From positions 1 through 34,441 of the forward strand of contig JBJMHS010000006.1 of the NCBI GenBank assembly GCA_045807245.1: a DNA stretch of 34,441 nucleotides. The letters run 5' to 3'. Below are positions 9,799-19,331 of the stretch, one piece after another; within the stretch, counting starts at the first letter, position 1; the number at the start of each line of letters is the position of its first letter. The stretch comes from Actinomycetales bacterium. GTDB lineage: Bacteria; Actinomycetota; Actinomycetes; Actinomycetales; CAVURS01. A program made the translations under genes and the position numbers. The notes under the pieces are model-generated. The model did no database searches. It was not told the origin of the DNA and was given only the letters and a program-made list of their open reading frames with translations.

Positions 9799-10332
9799 GT
9801 GCGCGTGCTGGGTGTCGACCCGGGGCTGACCCGTTGCGGCATCGGCGTCGTCGAAGGCGTCCCCGGCCGCCCGCCGCGGCTGATCGCGGTCACAGTCGTG
9901 ACGACGCCCGCGTCGGACGACGTCGCCCTGCGGCTCGTGGTCATCGAGGCGGCCATCGCGCAGTGGCTGGACGAGCTGCGCCCCGACGTCGTCGCCGTCG
10001 AGCGAGTGTTCAGCCAGCACAACGTCCGCACCGTCATGGGTACCGCCCAAGCCAGCGCGGTCGCCATGCTTGCCGCCGCCCAGCGTGGGCTGCCCGTCGT
10101 CCTGCACACGCCCAGTGAGGTCAAAGCCGCCGTCACCGGCAACGGCCGGGCCGACAAGGCCCAGGTCGGAGCCATGGTGAGCCGGCTGCTCAAGCTGCCC
10201 GACCCGCCGAAGCCGGCCGACGCGGCCGACGCCCTGGCGCTGGCCATCTGCCACCTGTGGCGAGGAGCGGCCCAGCAGCGGCTCACGACGGCTGCGAGCC
10301 GCAGCCCGGCGGCGACGGCAGGCCGGCGATGA
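9799..10332 (+). CDS. ruvC: Holliday junction resolvase
   Basis: [61 protein letters not shown] before GTG 9799. Confidence 0.96.
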   Translation: MRVLGVDPGLTRCGIGVVEGVPGRPPRLIAVTVVTTPASDDVALRLVVIEAAIAQWLDELRPDVVAVERVFSQHNVRTVMGTAQASAVAMLAAAQRGLPVVLHTPSEVKAAVTGNGRADKAQVGAMVSRLLKLPDPPKPADAADALALAICHLWRGAAQQRLTTAASRSPAATAGRR

Positions 10333-10937
10333 TCGCCACGGTCCGCGGCCGGGTCACGGCGCTGGGCCTCGACTCGGCCGTCGTGGAGGTCGGGGGCGTC
10401 GGCATCCTGGTCCAAGCCGCGCCCGGGACGCTGGCCGGCCTGGCGGTCGGGCATGAGGCCACCCTGTTCACCTCGCTCGTCGTGCGCGAGGAGTCGCTGA
10501 CCCTGTTCGGCTTCCTCTCGGACGACGAGCGGTCGACGTTCGAGACCGTGCAAACTGTGTCGGGCATCGGTCCACGGCTCGCGCTGGCCATGCTGGCCGT
10601 GCACGAGCCCGACGGGCTGCGCCGCGCGGTCGCCACCGAGGACCTGGTCGCGCTGACCCGCGTTCCCGGCATCGGCCGCAAGGGCGCCCAGCGGCTCGTG
10701 CTCGAGCTCAAGGACCGGCTGGGCGCACCCGGACCGGCCGCCCGGGCCGAGTCGGTCACCGCGGTGCCGGCCGCGGAGGGCCGCCCGCAGGTGCGTGACG
10801 CGCTGGTGGGGCTCGGCTGGTCGAGCAAGGCGGCCGACGACGCCCTCGACTCGGTGCTGGCCGACGCCGACGGGGCGGACGCCCCGGACGTCGCCGGTCT
10901 GCTGCGGGCGGCGCTCCGGCAGCTGGGCCGCACATGA
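10329..10937 (+). CDS. ruvA: Holliday junction branch migration protein A
   Basis: [21 protein letters not shown], HhH motifs VSGIGPRLA and [23 protein letters not shown] overlap. Confidence 0.96.
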   Translation: MIATVRGRVTALGLDSAVVEVGGVGILVQAAPGTLAGLAVGHEATLFTSLVVREESLTLFGFLSDDERSTFETVQTVSGIGPRLALAMLAVHEPDGLRRAVATEDLVALTRVPGIGRKGAQRLVLELKDRLGAPGPAARAESVTAVPAAEGRPQVRDALVGLGWSSKAADDALDSVLADADGADAPDVAGLLRAALRQLGRT

Positions 10938-12052
10938 GCGACGACGGGTCGTACGACGTGACGGCCGGCCTGCTCGATGGGCACGCCGACCCGGACGACG
11001 TCGAGGAGGTCGCGGCCGAGTATCGGTTGCGACCGCGCCGGCTCGAGGACTTCCCCGGCCAGCCCAAGGTCCGCGAGCAGCTTGCCTTGATGCTGCAGGC
11101 CGCCCGGCGTCGCGGCTCAGTGCCCGACCACGTGCTGCTGTCCGGTCCGCCCGGTCTGGGCAAGACGACCCTGGCCATGATCGTCGCGGCAGAGATCGAC
11201 GCACCCCTGCGCATCACCAGCGGGCCCGCCATCCAGCACGCGGGTGACCTGGCCGCGATCCTCTCCCAGCTGGGCGAGGGCGAGGTGCTGTTCCTCGACG
11301 AGATCCACCGCATGTCGCGAGTGGCCGAAGAGATGCTGTACGTCGCGATGGAGGACTTCCGGGTCGACGTCGTGGTCGGTAAGGGTCCCGGTGCGACAGC
11401 CATCCCGCTCGACCTGCCGCCGTTCACCCTCGTCGGAGCCACCACACGGGCCGGCCTGCTCCCCGCGCCGCTGCGCGACCGGTTCGGGTTCACCGGGCAC
11501 CTCGACTTCTACTCGGTCGAGGACCTCGAGACGATCCTGCGCCGATCGGCGAGCCTGCTCGAGATCGCCCTGGACGAGGAGGGGGCGCACGAGATCGCCC
11601 GTCGCTCGCGCGGCACGCCCCGCATCACGAACCGGCTGCTGCGCCGGGTGCGCGACTGGGCCGAGGTGCATGGCCGCGGCCATATCGACCTGGCTGCGGC
11701 TCGGGCGGCCCTGAAGCTGTACGACGTCGACGAGCTCGGGCTGGACCGGCTCGACCGCGCCGTGCTCGAGGCCCTGTGCCGTCGCTTCGGCGGGGGTCCG
11801 GTCGGTTTGTCGACCCTCGCCGTGGCCGTGGGGGAGGAGACGGAGACGGTGGAGACCGTCGCCGAGCCCTATCTCGTCCGTGAGGGCCTGCTGGTCCGCA
11901 CTCCGCGTGGCCGGGCCGCCACGGCGGCGGCCTGGCGGCACATCGGCCTCGCGGCACCGGCAGGGACGCCGGGCGCGCCCGACCAAGGCGTGCTGCCGTT
12001 CGGGGCCCAGCGGGGCGAACGGAGCGGAGACGCGACCGGCCGCCTGGGCTGA
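10934..12052 (+). CDS. ruvB: Holliday junction branch migration ATPase B
   Basis: [51 protein letters not shown]. Confidence 0.97.
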   Translation: MSDDGSYDVTAGLLDGHADPDDVEEVAAEYRLRPRRLEDFPGQPKVREQLALMLQAARRRGSVPDHVLLSGPPGLGKTTLAMIVAAEIDAPLRITSGPAIQHAGDLAAILSQLGEGEVLFLDEIHRMSRVAEEMLYVAMEDFRVDVVVGKGPGATAIPLDLPPFTLVGATTRAGLLPAPLRDRFGFTGHLDFYSVEDLETILRRSASLLEIALDEEGAHEIARRSRGTPRITNRLLRRVRDWAEVHGRGHIDLAAARAALKLYDVDELGLDRLDRAVLEALCRRFGGGPVGLSTLAVAVGEETETVETVAEPYLVREGLLVRTPRGRAATAAAWRHIGLAAPAGTPGAPDQGVLPFGAQRGERSGDATGRLG

Positions 12053-12061
12053 GTGCCGAGC

Positions 12062-12085
12062 CGGCGCGCCCGGGGCGGCGCGCCG
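12062..12085 (+). terminator. GC-rich hairpin just after ruvB
   Basis: CGGCGCGCC-cggggc-GGCGCGCCG 9-bp stem; no clear U-tract. Confidence 0.45.
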
Positions 12086-12100
12086 TCGTGGGGTTCCGCG

Positions 12101-12140
12101 GAGTGACCCTTTGGTCAACGCGGGGTCACTCACCTAGAAT
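12101..12140 (+). promoter_or_regulatory. Candidate yajC-secDF promoter with adjacent inverted repeat
   Basis: GAGTGACCC-N13-GGGTCACTC (12101-12131), followed 3 nt later by -10 TAGAAT (12135-12140). Confidence 0.55.
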
Positions 12141-12250
12141 CGTGCGGCGGCTGCGGGCCTGGGTGCCCGGCTGCTCTCCGGCGGGCCGTCCTTGCCGCGT
12201 CCCAGCACAGCACCACAACCCAGCGGCAAGCACCGACGGAAGGATCAGGC

Positions 12251-12601
12251 GTGGGCCTCGAGCTCATCATCCCGCTGCTTGCGGTCCTTCTGCTGTTCGT
12301 CATGTTCAACGGGCAGCGCAAGCGGCAGCGCCAGCAGGCCCAGATGCAGTCCAAGGTCGTTCCGGGCACGCGGATCTGCACGACGTCCGGCCTGTTCGGG
12401 ACCGTCGTGGAGGTCTCGGACGGCGAGATCCTGATCGAAGCCGCGCCGGGTGTGAACCTGCGATATGACCGCCGGGCGATCGGTCTCGTCGTACCGTCTG
12501 GGGAGGCGCCGGACGACGCCGGGACGACGGAGCTGCACCGCGAAGACCCCACCCGGCCCGGTATATCGGACAAACCCGACGGGCACGACAAGCCGGCCTG
12601 A
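12251..12601 (+). CDS. yajC: Preprotein translocase subunit YajC
   Basis: N-terminal TM, Q-rich helix, PGTRICTTSGLFGTVV, IEAAPGV; between ruvB and secD; GGAAGGA SD. Confidence 0.92.
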   Translation: MGLELIIPLLAVLLLFVMFNGQRKRQRQQAQMQSKVVPGTRICTTSGLFGTVVEVSDGEILIEAAPGVNLRYDRRAIGLVVPSGEAPDDAGTTELHREDPTRPGISDKPDGHDKPA

Positions 12602-12644
12602 CGCGTTCAACTGACCAAACGCCAGATCTGAGGAGTACGACGAC

Positions 12645-14594
12645 GTGGCACGACCGACCCGGGCCGCACGGCCCGGCCGCGCTCTCCTGGCGCTGTTCGC
12701 ACTCCTGATCGTCCTGTACGGCGTCGTGGTCTCCGCCCACGTCTGGGGCGAGGGCACGCTCGCGCCCAAGCTCGGGCTGGACCTCGAGGGCGGCGACGAG
12801 ATCGTCCTGGAGCCCGTCTCAGCCGGCGGCAAGATCACCCAGGGGCAGATCGACGAGGCCGTCAAGATCATCCGGGCCCGGGTCGACGGCAGCGGGGTCA
12901 GCGAGGCGCAGGTCTCCACCCAGGGGTCGAACAACATCGTGGTGGCCCTGCCGGGTCAGCCGTCCGAGGCCACCAAGAACCTCGTGAAGAAGGCCGCGCA
13001 GCTGACCTTCCGGCCGGTCATCCAGTCGACGGTGGTCGGTGCTCCGGCTACACCGACGGGCACCTCCACGCCGACCGGCACTGCGACCGGGACAGGTACT
13101 GCGACGGGGTCGGCGACCGGGTCGTCGGCCAGCTCACCCACGTCCTCAGCAGCCGGCCGGGCGATCCCGCAGGCGTTGGCCACGTCCGGGACGGCAACCG
13201 CGGCCGCCACGCCGTCGGCCACGCCGACCGCGACCGCGACCGGCAGCGCCGGCTCGACGCCGACCGCCAAGCCGACCGATGCGAGCGACCCGAACTGGGT
13301 GACGCCGGCGCTCAAGGCTCAGTACGACGCCGAGACCTGCACCAACATCAACAAGTTCCAGGGGATCGTGACCGACCCGGCCAAGCCGGTCGTGACGTGT
13401 GGCGACAGCCCGATGCAGAAGTTCATCCTCGGGCCGGTCGAGCTCAACGGCACCGACATCAAGAGCGCCTCGGCTCAGCTGCAGACCAACAGCCAGGGCG
13501 TCCAGACGACGGTCTGGGAGGTGCAGCTCAACTTCACCGGCTCGGGAGCAAGCAAGTTCGGCAAGGTCACCCAGCGGCTGTTCAGCTACGGGACGAGCGA
13601 CACCCGCAACCGGTTTGCCATCGTCGTGGACGGCGTCGTCATCTCCGCACCGCAGACCAACCAGCCGATCTTCGGTGGCGTCGCGTCGATCACCGGACCA
13701 GGCATCGACCAGCAGGGCGCCCGCGAGCTGGCCAACCAGCTCAAGTACGGCGCGCTCCCGCTGTCGTTCAAGACGCTGACCGAGAACTCCATCAGCCCGA
13801 CGCTCGGCCAGGAGCAGCTCAACAAGAGCCTGCTGGCCGGGCTCGTCGGCCTGCTGCTCGTCGTGATCTACGCCTTCTTCCAGTACCGCTTGCTCGGTCT
13901 GGTGACCGTGGCCTCACTGTCCATCGCGTCCGCACTGACCTACGGGATGGTCGTCTATCTCGGCTGGGCCCAGGGCTTCCGGCTCACGCTGGCCGGCGTG
14001 ACGGGTCTGATCGTCTCGATCGGCATCACCGCGGACTCGTTCATCGTGTTCTTCGAACGCGTCCGAGACGAGGTCCGGGACGGCCGGGCGCTACGCTCCG
14101 CTGTCGAGACGGGCTGGAACCGGGCCCGCCGGACCATCCTGGCCGCCGACTCGGTGAGCTTCCTGGCCGCAGTCGTGCTCTACCTGCTCGCCACCGGCGG
14201 CGTTCAGGGCTTCGCCTACACCCTCGGCCTGACCACGCTGATCGACGTCCTCGTCGTCTTCCTCTTCACCCATCCGATGCTCGCCATCCTGGCCAAGACG
14301 ACGTTCTTCGGTGGGGGGCACCGGTGGAGCGGGCTCGACCCCGAACGGCTCGGCGTCACGGCCCGGCGCCGCCGACCAGCCGGGCCCGTCGTGGCCGCAG
14401 CCGGTGCGGGTGGGGGTGCCGTCGCTCTGTCCGCACCGAGCCCGAGCGGGACCTCCAGCCCCAGCCCTTCGGCGCGCCCGGCCGACCAGGCGCGCTCGGG
14501 CGACACCATCGCCGCGCGACGAGCCGCGGCCCGCAAGGCTGCTCAAACCGAAACCGCGCAGAGCGATGCCGCCGAGCGCGGAGAGGACGCCTGA
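12645..14594 (+). CDS. secD: Protein translocase subunit SecD
   Basis: PKLGLDLEGG, RVDGSGVSE, LANQLKYGALPL, IGITADSFIVFFER; Thr/Ser/Ala/Pro-rich insert at about 13040-13290; GAGGAG SD. Confidence 0.96.
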   Translation: MARPTRAARPGRALLALFALLIVLYGVVVSAHVWGEGTLAPKLGLDLEGGDEIVLEPVSAGGKITQGQIDEAVKIIRARVDGSGVSEAQVSTQGSNNIVVALPGQPSEATKNLVKKAAQLTFRPVIQSTVVGAPATPTGTSTPTGTATGTGTATGSATGSSASSPTSSAAGRAIPQALATSGTATAAATPSATPTATATGSAGSTPTAKPTDASDPNWVTPALKAQYDAETCTNINKFQGIVTDPAKPVVTCGDSPMQKFILGPVELNGTDIKSASAQLQTNSQGVQTTVWEVQLNFTGSGASKFGKVTQRLFSYGTSDTRNRFAIVVDGVVISAPQTNQPIFGGVASITGPGIDQQGARELANQLKYGALPLSFKTLTENSISPTLGQEQLNKSLLAGLVGLLLVVIYAFFQYRLLGLVTVASLSIASALTYGMVVYLGWAQGFRLTLAGVTGLIVSIGITADSFIVFFERVRDEVRDGRALRSAVETGWNRARRTILAADSVSFLAAVVLYLLATGGVQGFAYTLGLTTLIDVLVVFLFTHPMLAILAKTTFFGGGHRWSGLDPERLGVTARRRRPAGPVVAAAGAGGGAVALSAPSPSGTSSPSPSARPADQARSGDTIAARRAAARKAAQTETAQSDAAERGEDA

Positions 14595-15784
14595 TGGCCA
14601 GCTTCGCCCACTTCGGGAACCAGCTCTACACCGGCGAGCGGTCGATCGAGTTCGTCCGCCGGCAGAAGACCTGGTACGGGATCTCCAGTGTCCTGCTCGT
14701 GCTGTCGCTCGTCGGTCTGTTCGGCCGCGGGCTCAACCTCAGTCTGGAGTTCAAGGGCGGCTCGGAGTTCCGGGTCAGCAACGCAAAGACGACCAACGAC
14801 GTGATCGGCAAGGACGCCGTGCACAGCGTCGCCCCCGACGCCGACGCCGAGGTGACCAAGGTCGGCAGCGACTCGATCCGGGTCCAGACCTCGAAGCTGA
14901 AGACGGACGCCAAGAACGCGGAGGTCCAGACCGCGCTGGCCAAGGCGTACGGCGTCAGCGAGTCGGAGATCTCCTCGACCTTCATCGGGCCCAGCTGGGG
15001 CGCCGACATCTCGAAGAAGGCCATCCAGGGCCTCGTCGTGTTCCTGATCCTGGTGTCGCTGGTCATCGCGTTCTACTTCCGCACGTGGAAGATGGCGCTG
15101 GCGGGGATCGTCGCCCTGGTCCACGACCTGCTGATCACGGCGGGCATCTACGCGCTCGTCGGCTTCGAGGTCTCACCGGCATCGGTGATCGGCTTCCTGA
15201 CCATCCTCGGGTACTCGCTCTACGACACCGTGGTCGTCTTCGACAAGGTCCGCGAGAACACCCAGAACCTCACGTCCTCGGCCAAGACGACGTACTCCGA
15301 GGCGGCCAACCTGGCCGTCAACCAGACCCTCGTCCGGTCCATCAACACGTCCGTGGTCGCTCTCCTGCCGATCGCCGCGATCCTCGTGATCGGTTCCATC
15401 CTGGTCGGAGCCGGGACGCTGGAAGACCTGTCCCTCGCTCTCTTCGTCGGCATCGCGACCGGGACGTACTCGTCCATCTTCATCGCGACACCGCTGCTCG
15501 CCGACCTGCGGGAACGCGAGCCGGAGATGAGGTCGCTGGCGAACCGGGTCAAGAAGCGTCGGGCCGCCCAGGCCGCGTCCGGGCGATCCGGGGCTGCGGG
15601 CCGCGAGCTCGACGACGAGCTCGACGGTGCCGACGAGGGCCGGCAGCGGGTGCGCAGCGGAGGGTCGGCTGCAGTGACGGTCACCGCGGCCCGTCCCTCC
15701 CAGGCGACCCCCGGGCAACGCACCGGCGGGCCGCGCAACCAGCCGAAGCGGGGCAAGCGCAAGCCCAGCGGCAAGCGCCGCTGA
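14594..15784 (+). CDS. secF: Protein translocase subunit SecF
   Basis: LEFKGG, GPSWG, LVHDLLIT, LTILGYSLYDTVVVFDKVREN, NQTLVRSINTS, GTYSSIFIA; TGATG overlap with secD. Confidence 0.96.
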   Translation: MASFAHFGNQLYTGERSIEFVRRQKTWYGISSVLLVLSLVGLFGRGLNLSLEFKGGSEFRVSNAKTTNDVIGKDAVHSVAPDADAEVTKVGSDSIRVQTSKLKTDAKNAEVQTALAKAYGVSESEISSTFIGPSWGADISKKAIQGLVVFLILVSLVIAFYFRTWKMALAGIVALVHDLLITAGIYALVGFEVSPASVIGFLTILGYSLYDTVVVFDKVRENTQNLTSSAKTTYSEAANLAVNQTLVRSINTSVVALLPIAAILVIGSILVGAGTLEDLSLALFVGIATGTYSSIFIATPLLADLREREPEMRSLANRVKKRRAAQAASGRSGAAGRELDDELDGADEGRQRVRSGGSAAVTVTAARPSQATPGQRTGGPRNQPKRGKRKPSGKRR

Positions 15785-15814
15785 GGCCGGGTCCGGGACG
15801 AGAAGCCGGCAGAC

Positions 15815-16336
15815 ATGGCCGTCCTGGCCGACCGCGTCGAAGCCCTGATCCGCGACATTCCCGACTTCCCCAAGCCGGGAGTGATGTTCAAGGACATCAC
15901 GCCGTTCCTGGCCGACGGACCGGTCTTCGGTGAGCTGGTCCACTCCTGGGCGCAGGCGCATGACGGCGTCGACGTCGTCGCCGGGATCGAGGCCCGAGGC
16001 TTCATCCTCGCGGCGCCGGTCTCGACCGAGCTGGGCGTCGGTTTCGTCCCGGTGCGCAAGGAGGGCAAGCTGCCCGGCCTGACGTCGCGGGCGTCGTACG
16101 CGCTGGAGTACGGCGAGGCCACGCTGGAGATGACCGCTGACGCGGTGACAGCCGGCCAGCGCGTGCTCCTCATCGACGACGTCCTCGCCACTGGGGGGAC
16201 CGTCGCCGCCGCGATCCAGCTGCTGGAAGCAGCCGGGGCCGATGTCGTCGCCGTCCAGGTGCTGATCGAGCTGACCTTCCTGGGCGGCCGCGGCCGTCTC
16301 GGCGGCCGAGGGGTCGACGCCACCGTCGTCGTGTGA
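15815..16336 (+). CDS. apt: Adenine phosphoribosyltransferase
   Basis: IPDFPKPGVMFKDITP, GIEARGF, VRKEGKLP, YALEYG, LIDDVLATGGT. Confidence 0.96.
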   Translation: MAVLADRVEALIRDIPDFPKPGVMFKDITPFLADGPVFGELVHSWAQAHDGVDVVAGIEARGFILAAPVSTELGVGFVPVRKEGKLPGLTSRASYALEYGEATLEMTADAVTAGQRVLLIDDVLATGGTVAAAIQLLEAAGADVVAVQVLIELTFLGGRGRLGGRGVDATVVV

Positions 16337-16422
16337 AACCCGGTCACCTTCGCCGCCTAGACTGGTAGCCGGCCCCGAGCCGCGGCCTTCGTCGCCGTCG
16401 CCGTGGCCGCAGGGAGGTCCCC

Positions 16423-18807
16423 GTGGCAGAGGAAGTCGCGACCAGCTCGCCGGAGCAGGCGAGCGACGCGGCGCTGCCCGAGCCCTCGGCCCCTGCGGCG
16501 CCTGCGGGCCCTGGAGGCTCTGGGGCGGTCGCCAGCCGTCCGGCCAGCGCGCGCGTACGCAACCGGCTGGCCCGGCTAGGCGGCCAACGGCCCAGCGCGA
16601 ACCCGGTGCTGGAACCCCTGCTGCGGACGGTCCGCTCCAACCACCCGAAGCTCGACGTCAGCATCGTCGAGCGCGCGTACGCGGTCGCCGACCACTACCA
16701 CGCGGGACAGCTGCGGCTCAGCGGCGACCCGTACATCACGCACCCGCTCGCCGTGGCAACGATCCTGGCCGAGCTCGGTATGACCGGCCCGACCCTCGCC
16801 GCCGCCCTGCTGCACGACACGATCGAGGACACGCCGTACACGATCGACCAGCTGCGCAAGGACTTCGGCGACGAGGTCGGGAAGCTCGTCGACGGCGTCA
16901 CCAAGCTGGACAAGGTCAAGTACGGCGACGCTGCCCAGTCCGAGACCGTGCGCAAGATGGTCGTGGCGATGGCCCAGGACATCCGGGTCCTGGTGATCAA
17001 GCTGGCCGACCGGCTGCACAACGCACGCACCTGGCGGTACGTCTCGGTGGAGTCCGCGCAGCGCAAGGCCCGCGAGACGCTCGAGATCTACGCCCCGCTG
17101 GCCCACCGGCTCGGCATGAACACCATCAAATGGGAGCTCGAGGACCTCTCGTTCGCGACGCTCTACCCGAAGGTGTACGACGAGATCGTCCGCCTCGTCG
17201 CCGAACGGGCACCCGCGCGCGAGGAGTACCTGGCCCAGGTCCGCGAGCAGGTCGGTGGTGACCTGAACTCGGCCAAGATCAAGGCCACGGTGACCGGTCG
17301 GCCCAAGCACTACTACTCCGTGTACCAGAAGATGATCGTCCGCGGCCGCGACTTCGAGGACATCTACGACCTGGTCGGAGTCCGGGTGCTCGTGGACTCG
17401 GTCCGGGACTGTTACGCCGCCCTCGGCGCGCTGCACGCCCGGTGGAACCCGGTGCCCGGCCGGTTCAAGGACTACATCGCGATGCCGAAGTTCAACATGT
17501 ACCAGTCGCTGCACACGACGGTCATCGGGCCGGAGGGCAAACCGGTCGAGATCCAGATCCGCAGCCACACGATGCACCGGCGGGCGGAGTTCGGCGTCGC
17601 GGCGCACTGGAAGTACAAGGAGGACCCGACCGCCTCGACGATGGACGGCAAGACGGACGAGAGCCAGCCGGTCAACGACATGGCCTGGCTGCGCCAGCTC
17701 CTCGACTGGCAGAAGGAGACGTCCGACCCGGGGGAGTTCCTCGAGTCGCTGCGGTTCGAGATCAACGCCCGCGAGGTCTACGTCTTCTCGCCCAAGGGTG
17801 ACGTCATCGCACTCCCGTCCGGCGCGACGCCGGTCGACTTCGCCTACGCCGTGCACACCGAGGTCGGGCACCACTGCATCGGCGGCCGGGTGAACGGCCG
17901 GCTGGTGCCGCTGGAGAGCACGCTGCAGAACGGCGACGTCGTGGAGATCCTGACGTCGAAGGCCGCGACCGCCGGGCCGAGCCGGGACTGGCTTACCTTC
18001 GTCAAGAGTCCCCGGGCCCGCAACAAGATCCGGCAGTGGTTCTCCAAGGAGCGCCGCGAGGAGGCCATCGAGCACGGCAAGGACGCGATCGCCAAGGCGA
18101 TGCGCAAGCAGGGTCTGCCGATCCAGCGGCTGATGTCGCACGAGTCCCTGACCGCGCTGGCGACCGAGCTGCGCTACGCCGACGTGTCGGCGCTGTACGC
18201 GGCCGTGGGAGACAGCCACGTGTCGGCGCAGAGCGTGGTGAGCCGGCTGGTCCAGGCTCTCGGCGGCGAGGAGGGCACGACCGAGGACCTGGCCGAAGCC
18301 ACCATGCCGACTCGCGCCCCGAGACGGGTGCGCAGCGGTGACCCGGGCGTCGTGGTCAAGGGCGTCGACGACCTGTGGGTCAAGCTGGCCCGATGCTGCA
18401 CGCCGGTGCCGGGCGACCCGATCATCGGGTTCGTCACCCGGGCCAGCGGAGTCTCGGTGCACCGGGCCGACTGCAGCAACGTCGCGCCCCTGCAGGCCCA
18501 GCCGGACCGGATGGTCGAGGTCGAGTGGGCGCCCTCAGCCGCAACGGTCTTCCTGGTCCAGATCCAGGTCGAGGCACTTGACCGCTCCCGGCTGCTCTCC
18601 GACGTCACTCGCGTCCTGTCCGACGCGCACGTCAACATCCTGTCGGCCAGCGTGCAGACGACGCGCGACCGGGTCGCCTTGTCCCGGTTCACCTTCGAGA
18701 TGGGTGACCCGGCTCACCTGGATCACGTGCTCGCCGCCGTACGTCGCATCGACGGGGTGTTCGACGTCTATCGGATCACCGGCGGCCGCGCCGCGTCGAC
18801 CGCCTGA
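16423..18807 (+). CDS. relA: Bifunctional (p)ppGpp synthetase/hydrolase
   Basis: HD motif [54 protein letters not shown] zinc finger and ACT; GGGAGG SD; candidate -10 TAGACT at 16358-16363. Confidence 0.97.
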   Translation: MAEEVATSSPEQASDAALPEPSAPAAPAGPGGSGAVASRPASARVRNRLARLGGQRPSANPVLEPLLRTVRSNHPKLDVSIVERAYAVADHYHAGQLRLSGDPYITHPLAVATILAELGMTGPTLAAALLHDTIEDTPYTIDQLRKDFGDEVGKLVDGVTKLDKVKYGDAAQSETVRKMVVAMAQDIRVLVIKLADRLHNARTWRYVSVESAQRKARETLEIYAPLAHRLGMNTIKWELEDLSFATLYPKVYDEIVRLVAERAPAREEYLAQVREQVGGDLNSAKIKATVTGRPKHYYSVYQKMIVRGRDFEDIYDLVGVRVLVDSVRDCYAALGALHARWNPVPGRFKDYIAMPKFNMYQSLHTTVIGPEGKPVEIQIRSHTMHRRAEFGVAAHWKYKEDPTASTMDGKTDESQPVNDMAWLRQLLDWQKETSDPGEFLESLRFEINAREVYVFSPKGDVIALPSGATPVDFAYAVHTEVGHHCIGGRVNGRLVPLESTLQNGDVVEILTSKAATAGPSRDWLTFVKSPRARNKIRQWFSKERREEAIEHGKDAIAKAMRKQGLPIQRLMSHESLTALATELRYADVSALYAAVGDSHVSAQSVVSRLVQALGGEEGTTEDLAEATMPTRAPRRVRSGDPGVVVKGVDDLWVKLARCCTPVPGDPIIGFVTRASGVSVHRADCSNVAPLQAQPDRMVEVEWAPSAATVFLVQIQVEALDRSRLLSDVTRVLSDAHVNILSASVQTTRDRVALSRFTFEMGDPAHLDHVLAAVRRIDGVFDVYRITGGRAASTA

Positions 18808-18845
18808 TCGAGCGTCGTACCAACGGTTTTCACTCACCGAACGCG

Positions 18846-18885
18846 GTCAGCACCAGGTGAGTGTCAACGCTCACCTGGTACTGAC
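18846..18885. terminator. Long hairpin between convergent relA and ABM-like gene
   Basis: GTCAG-c-ACCAGGTGAG-TG-tcaa-CG-CTCACCTGGT-a-CTGAC, about 17 paired positions. Confidence 0.7.
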
Positions 18886-18895
18886 GGCGGTGTTC

Positions 18896-19204
18896 CTAGA
18901 AGCGGTCAGACGTCTCGATGATCCGGTACGTCGTGTGCGTCGGCATGCCTGTGACGCCGGCTGCCTCGGCGATCTTGGGGATGTCGGCCTGGTTCTTGAA
19001 GAAGTCCAGGTACGACTCCTCCGAGTCCCACTCGTCGATGACGAGCACCGACCCATCCGGCTCCTCAACGAAGCAGTGGTGGACGGCGCCCTTGGCGCGG
19101 CCCTCCTCAGACGCCTTGACCAGCAGGTCAGCGTGCTCCTTCGCGGCGATCTCGAGGTTCGATGCCATCCCACCCGGGAACTTGGTCGTGATGATCACAC
19201 CCAT
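18896..19204 (-). CDS. Small hypothetical protein, ABM/dimeric alpha-beta barrel-like (102 aa)
   Basis: Strong AAGGAGG SD 5 nt before ATG 19204; protein-like composition; GAVHHCF...VLVIDEWDSEESYLDFF resembles the ABM ExWxS/D motif. Confidence 0.75.
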   Translation of the reverse strand: MGVIITTKFPGGMASNLEIAAKEHADLLVKASEEGRAKGAVHHCFVEEPDGSVLVIDEWDSEESYLDFFKNQADIPKIAEAAGVTGMPTHTTYRIIETSDRF

Positions 19205-19331
19205 GGCGGCCTCCTTCGGGCCTTGAGCGCGGGGAGTGCAGGGATGCACCGCGCGCAGGCCGATCGTGTACCTCAGCGGTCGCCATGGGAAGGGTCCGCG
19301 ACACATTGGGCAGCACGGCGGGCAGCCGCGG

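Noticed and set aside
13040..13290. Thr/Ser/Ala/Pro-rich insert in SecD as a novel domain
   Set aside because: Low-complexity periplasmic inserts are usual in actinobacterial SecD.
13397..15784. 795-aa ORF suggesting a long SecF or SecDF fusion/frameshift
   Set aside because: The upstream part is an off-frame shadow of secD; secD ends and secF starts at a normal TGATG overlap (14592-14596).
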